A DNA stretch of 64,000 nt, taken from the NCBI GenBank assembly GCA_963752155.1, contig CAVVXH010000017.1, positions 1 to 64,000 on the forward strand, written 5' to 3'. This DNA is from an uncultured Parachlamydiaceae bacterium. Its GTDB lineage: Bacteria; Chlamydiota; Chlamydiia; Chlamydiales; Parachlamydiaceae. This document shows positions 62,701 through 64,000 of this stretch, piece by piece; within the stretch, counting starts at the first letter, position 1; each line of letters starts with the position of its first letter. Made by a program: the position numbers and the translations under genes. The notes beneath the pieces are model-generated. The model saw nothing but the letters and a program-made list of their open reading frames with translations, had not been told where the DNA came from and searched no databases.

Positions 62701-63924
62701 AGATTTTGTGCTGTCAGTATCAGGAGAGTGTTCAATAGAAAAAACATCTTCATTTAGAAGGGTTGCACTGCGTATGGCTGTCCACAATTTGTACATATGG
62801 CATTTTGAAACCTCTACACGATAATCCGACGATACATGGACTTCCGACTTATCATGGAGGTGCAAGATTAATAGCCTCTTTTTCTTTTCCACTTTCAAGA
62901 TAGTCCCGGAATGTGAACCTCCTTTCGGATCATTAACGTAAAGCGTCTTATTAACAAAGAACTCCATCGGATGATTCCAATAGGTGATAATCCCATCTTT
63001 CTTTTGGGGTTTTTTCTTAATGACCTGACCCAAAAGGGTACTTAACGGTTCTTTGTAAGTCCCGTATTTTGGATTCAACTTCAAAAATTCTTTTACTTTG
63101 CCGACGTCGAGAGCTTTTGTTTGATGAAGTACCTCGACATATTCTCGAAGCTGATCGGGGTTTTCCTGGTCGATCAATCCGATGATTTTCCTTACTTCGA
63201 TGTCTTTAAGGGCCATAAAACCGGGAATGGAAAATAATAGCTCAAATTCAGCCCAACCTTCATAGCCTTTTAATAGCTTCTGATTATATTCTTTCAGTTT
63301 GACTGTAAACTCAATAAGTTCATTTTTAATCGCCTTGAGCGTCCCATCTAACGTCGAAAGGTTGTTAGCAGCTCGATCGACTAACGTTGAAATAAGTGCT
63401 TTCAAACATTCTTTCGTTTCATGAGAAAATGATGAAGGATCTGCAAACTTGGATACCATTCCCTCTTTGTCTGAGGAATCAATGGGATTGCCAAGGAAAT
63501 CCTCAAGCTTTTTGCAGATGTGAGCGATCAAAAAGGGGTTTGCTAAACTGTATACGTGTTTTCTTAAAAGTCCTAAAGCATTTCCATAAAGATTTTCTTC
63601 AGATGATGCAGTGGAGGATCGAACAGCTGACGTTATGCAAGATTTTTGCCTTGGCGGATCTCTTGGCAATGGCTGCAAAGGAACGGCATTTTGTTGAGCT
63701 AATCGGTCTTTAACAACCTGTTGAATTTCCGAGAAATCACGCAAGGGAATAGTGATTTGAAATCCCTGCATAGTGATATTATTAGGGTCAGTAACGTTAG
63801 GGATAAAACCCGGATCGATTCCATTCCATCCGGCCTTGATAAGCTGCGAAGCAGTTGTGGAAATATCTGGACGAACATTGTCTAGGTTTAAAACTTGTGG
63901 ACCTGCTGCAAGAATACTTGACAT
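59725..63924 (-). CDS. Giant coiled-coil P-loop GTPase (AIG1/septin/dynamin-like)
   Basis: G1 GNTGSGKS (aa 653-660), G2-like SET, G3 DCPG (aa 721), G4-like VTK; long heptad-rich C-terminus. Confidence 0.8.
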   Translation of the reverse strand: MSSILAAGPQVLNLDNVRPDISTTASQLIKAGWNGIDPGFIPNVTDPNNITMQGFQITIPLRDFSEIQQVVKDRLAQQNAVPLQPLPRDPPRQKSCITSAVRSSTASSEENLYGNALGLLRKHVYSLANPFLIAHICKKLEDFLGNPIDSSDKEGMVSKFADPSSFSHETKECLKALISTLVDRAANNLSTLDGTLKAIKNELIEFTVKLKEYNQKLLKGYEGWAEFELLFSIPGFMALKDIEVRKIIGLIDQENPDQLREYVEVLHQTKALDVGKVKEFLKLNPKYGTYKEPLSTLLGQVIKKKPQKKDGIITYWNHPMEFFVNKTLYVNDPKGGSHSGTILKVEKKKRLLILHLHDKSEVHVSSDYRVEVSKCHMYKLWTAIRSATLLNEDVFSIEHSPDTDSTKSIQQGQYKLFQPKIVKAGFMGSLFKNDYFQFELVDPNTTEKKYRVQGEIIKREIYQIRLQSWDPLAKDYSITVADEGLSTFERAHIAVKKETQSLIEINEANADDLLVIKDEPNEDKLRLMRLEQIKKCLNEIRSEFLKEKNRVLLEKLLDELSGNKLDKLALHLVMMEDPDLANRIKELSKKYFEDLRIDRSSEDILKQIVLEANYILFVNKQDNVVIARTMELLKDAYVHINNIENNNLILMMGNTGSGKSTSISFLMGAPLEEFSNQVGEKVVRVAEGHEIYPKIGQSIGTSETIYTQGFKIPEIESMLGDCPGFNDTRGGDYELCTNLSIDQSIRKAKGIHSIVIVLPANAFLVDRGNIVMELLNTVQQRFPKTLDASQPGNNARVYLLVTKQNQAQSEVVKMLKNGMRFLELVKESQAQIDDLIQRGSESDSFGVTAIKRRQNVWRALHQMHINKQIDFIDTKDEEQRAELLEKYSKSVPTLDKGQYLPAMSGKDMQQKFGDTVQMSAHTWTHHIFGQYLQTLPSSIKIVEQEQARKRERIEELGKDKEQKLDLARNLAEEIEELEGFAKLLEDNEKNVQDPILRQELLAQATQHANDKLENEKGSLNAVRKKLKKKNQNLQDVEGEIKGLETDITKTQKKITELKAIIAPLKTGDKVTKLWTDKMNPNDNLYLTYWTSEEARSNAAKRVEIQAADSGGVAYNGTAGAYRGKTSPIAIIQRGYRLVPSNDEQRQVFSISGQGGGYIAKVDGLRYRIDIACTAMPDGKKVSYGYELDWIGAEPLPWIEITHTIPNHEYHYATIVNKESEIGLLENELITLNKQLTGGDTITGAQNRKQTIEAEIQDVELAIKDHLTKIQDLEDTHAREQAADLLIQTQKYLKQAKDDKAKLEDTQQIDDEIAKTEQGILTDQIRIDAFKKQLKYLAIIIYTQWESAKLLRQFADLVMGENTEEFTAMNQTQVSCKEFKELFDDNKATLLTQIKFEYDF

Positions 63925-64000
63925 GACATTCTCCTTTATAGTTAAAACGTCTCTATTCTCTTAATTTGTTCCTTCATGTCATCATATTTATTTAAAAATT

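Overview
Low-GC bacterial chromosome segment, very probably from an environmental member of the Chlamydiota. This is inferred from a stand-alone SWIB protein beside an lpxG-like gene, a DUF2709-like gene before tsaE, a UGP3-type pyrophosphorylase and F-box-like effector genes. Core genes (tRNA-Lys, tRNA-Glu, frr, pyrH, rlmN, rnc, holB, rlmH, tsaE, engB, ftsY, sucCD, tgt, fabH-fabD-fabG-acpP) are interspersed with accessory genes, pseudogenes and at least eight families of palindromic or tandem intergenic repeats. The strongest candidate for an undescribed system is the minus-strand cluster at 56.7-63.9 kb. It encodes a 1399-aa coiled-coil P-loop GTPase followed by two translationally coupled paralogues carrying MACPF/CDC-like motifs. 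The large paralogue has two Ser/Gly-rich hairpin-like segments and a di-Gly-terminated N-terminal extension, and the small one lacks these. A ~130-bp direct repeat brackets the cluster. A second notable signal is two complementary remnants of a GxxExxY nuclease gene, each enclosed by inverted 9-bp tandem arrays. All protein calls come from motif reading by eye, and no database searches were run.
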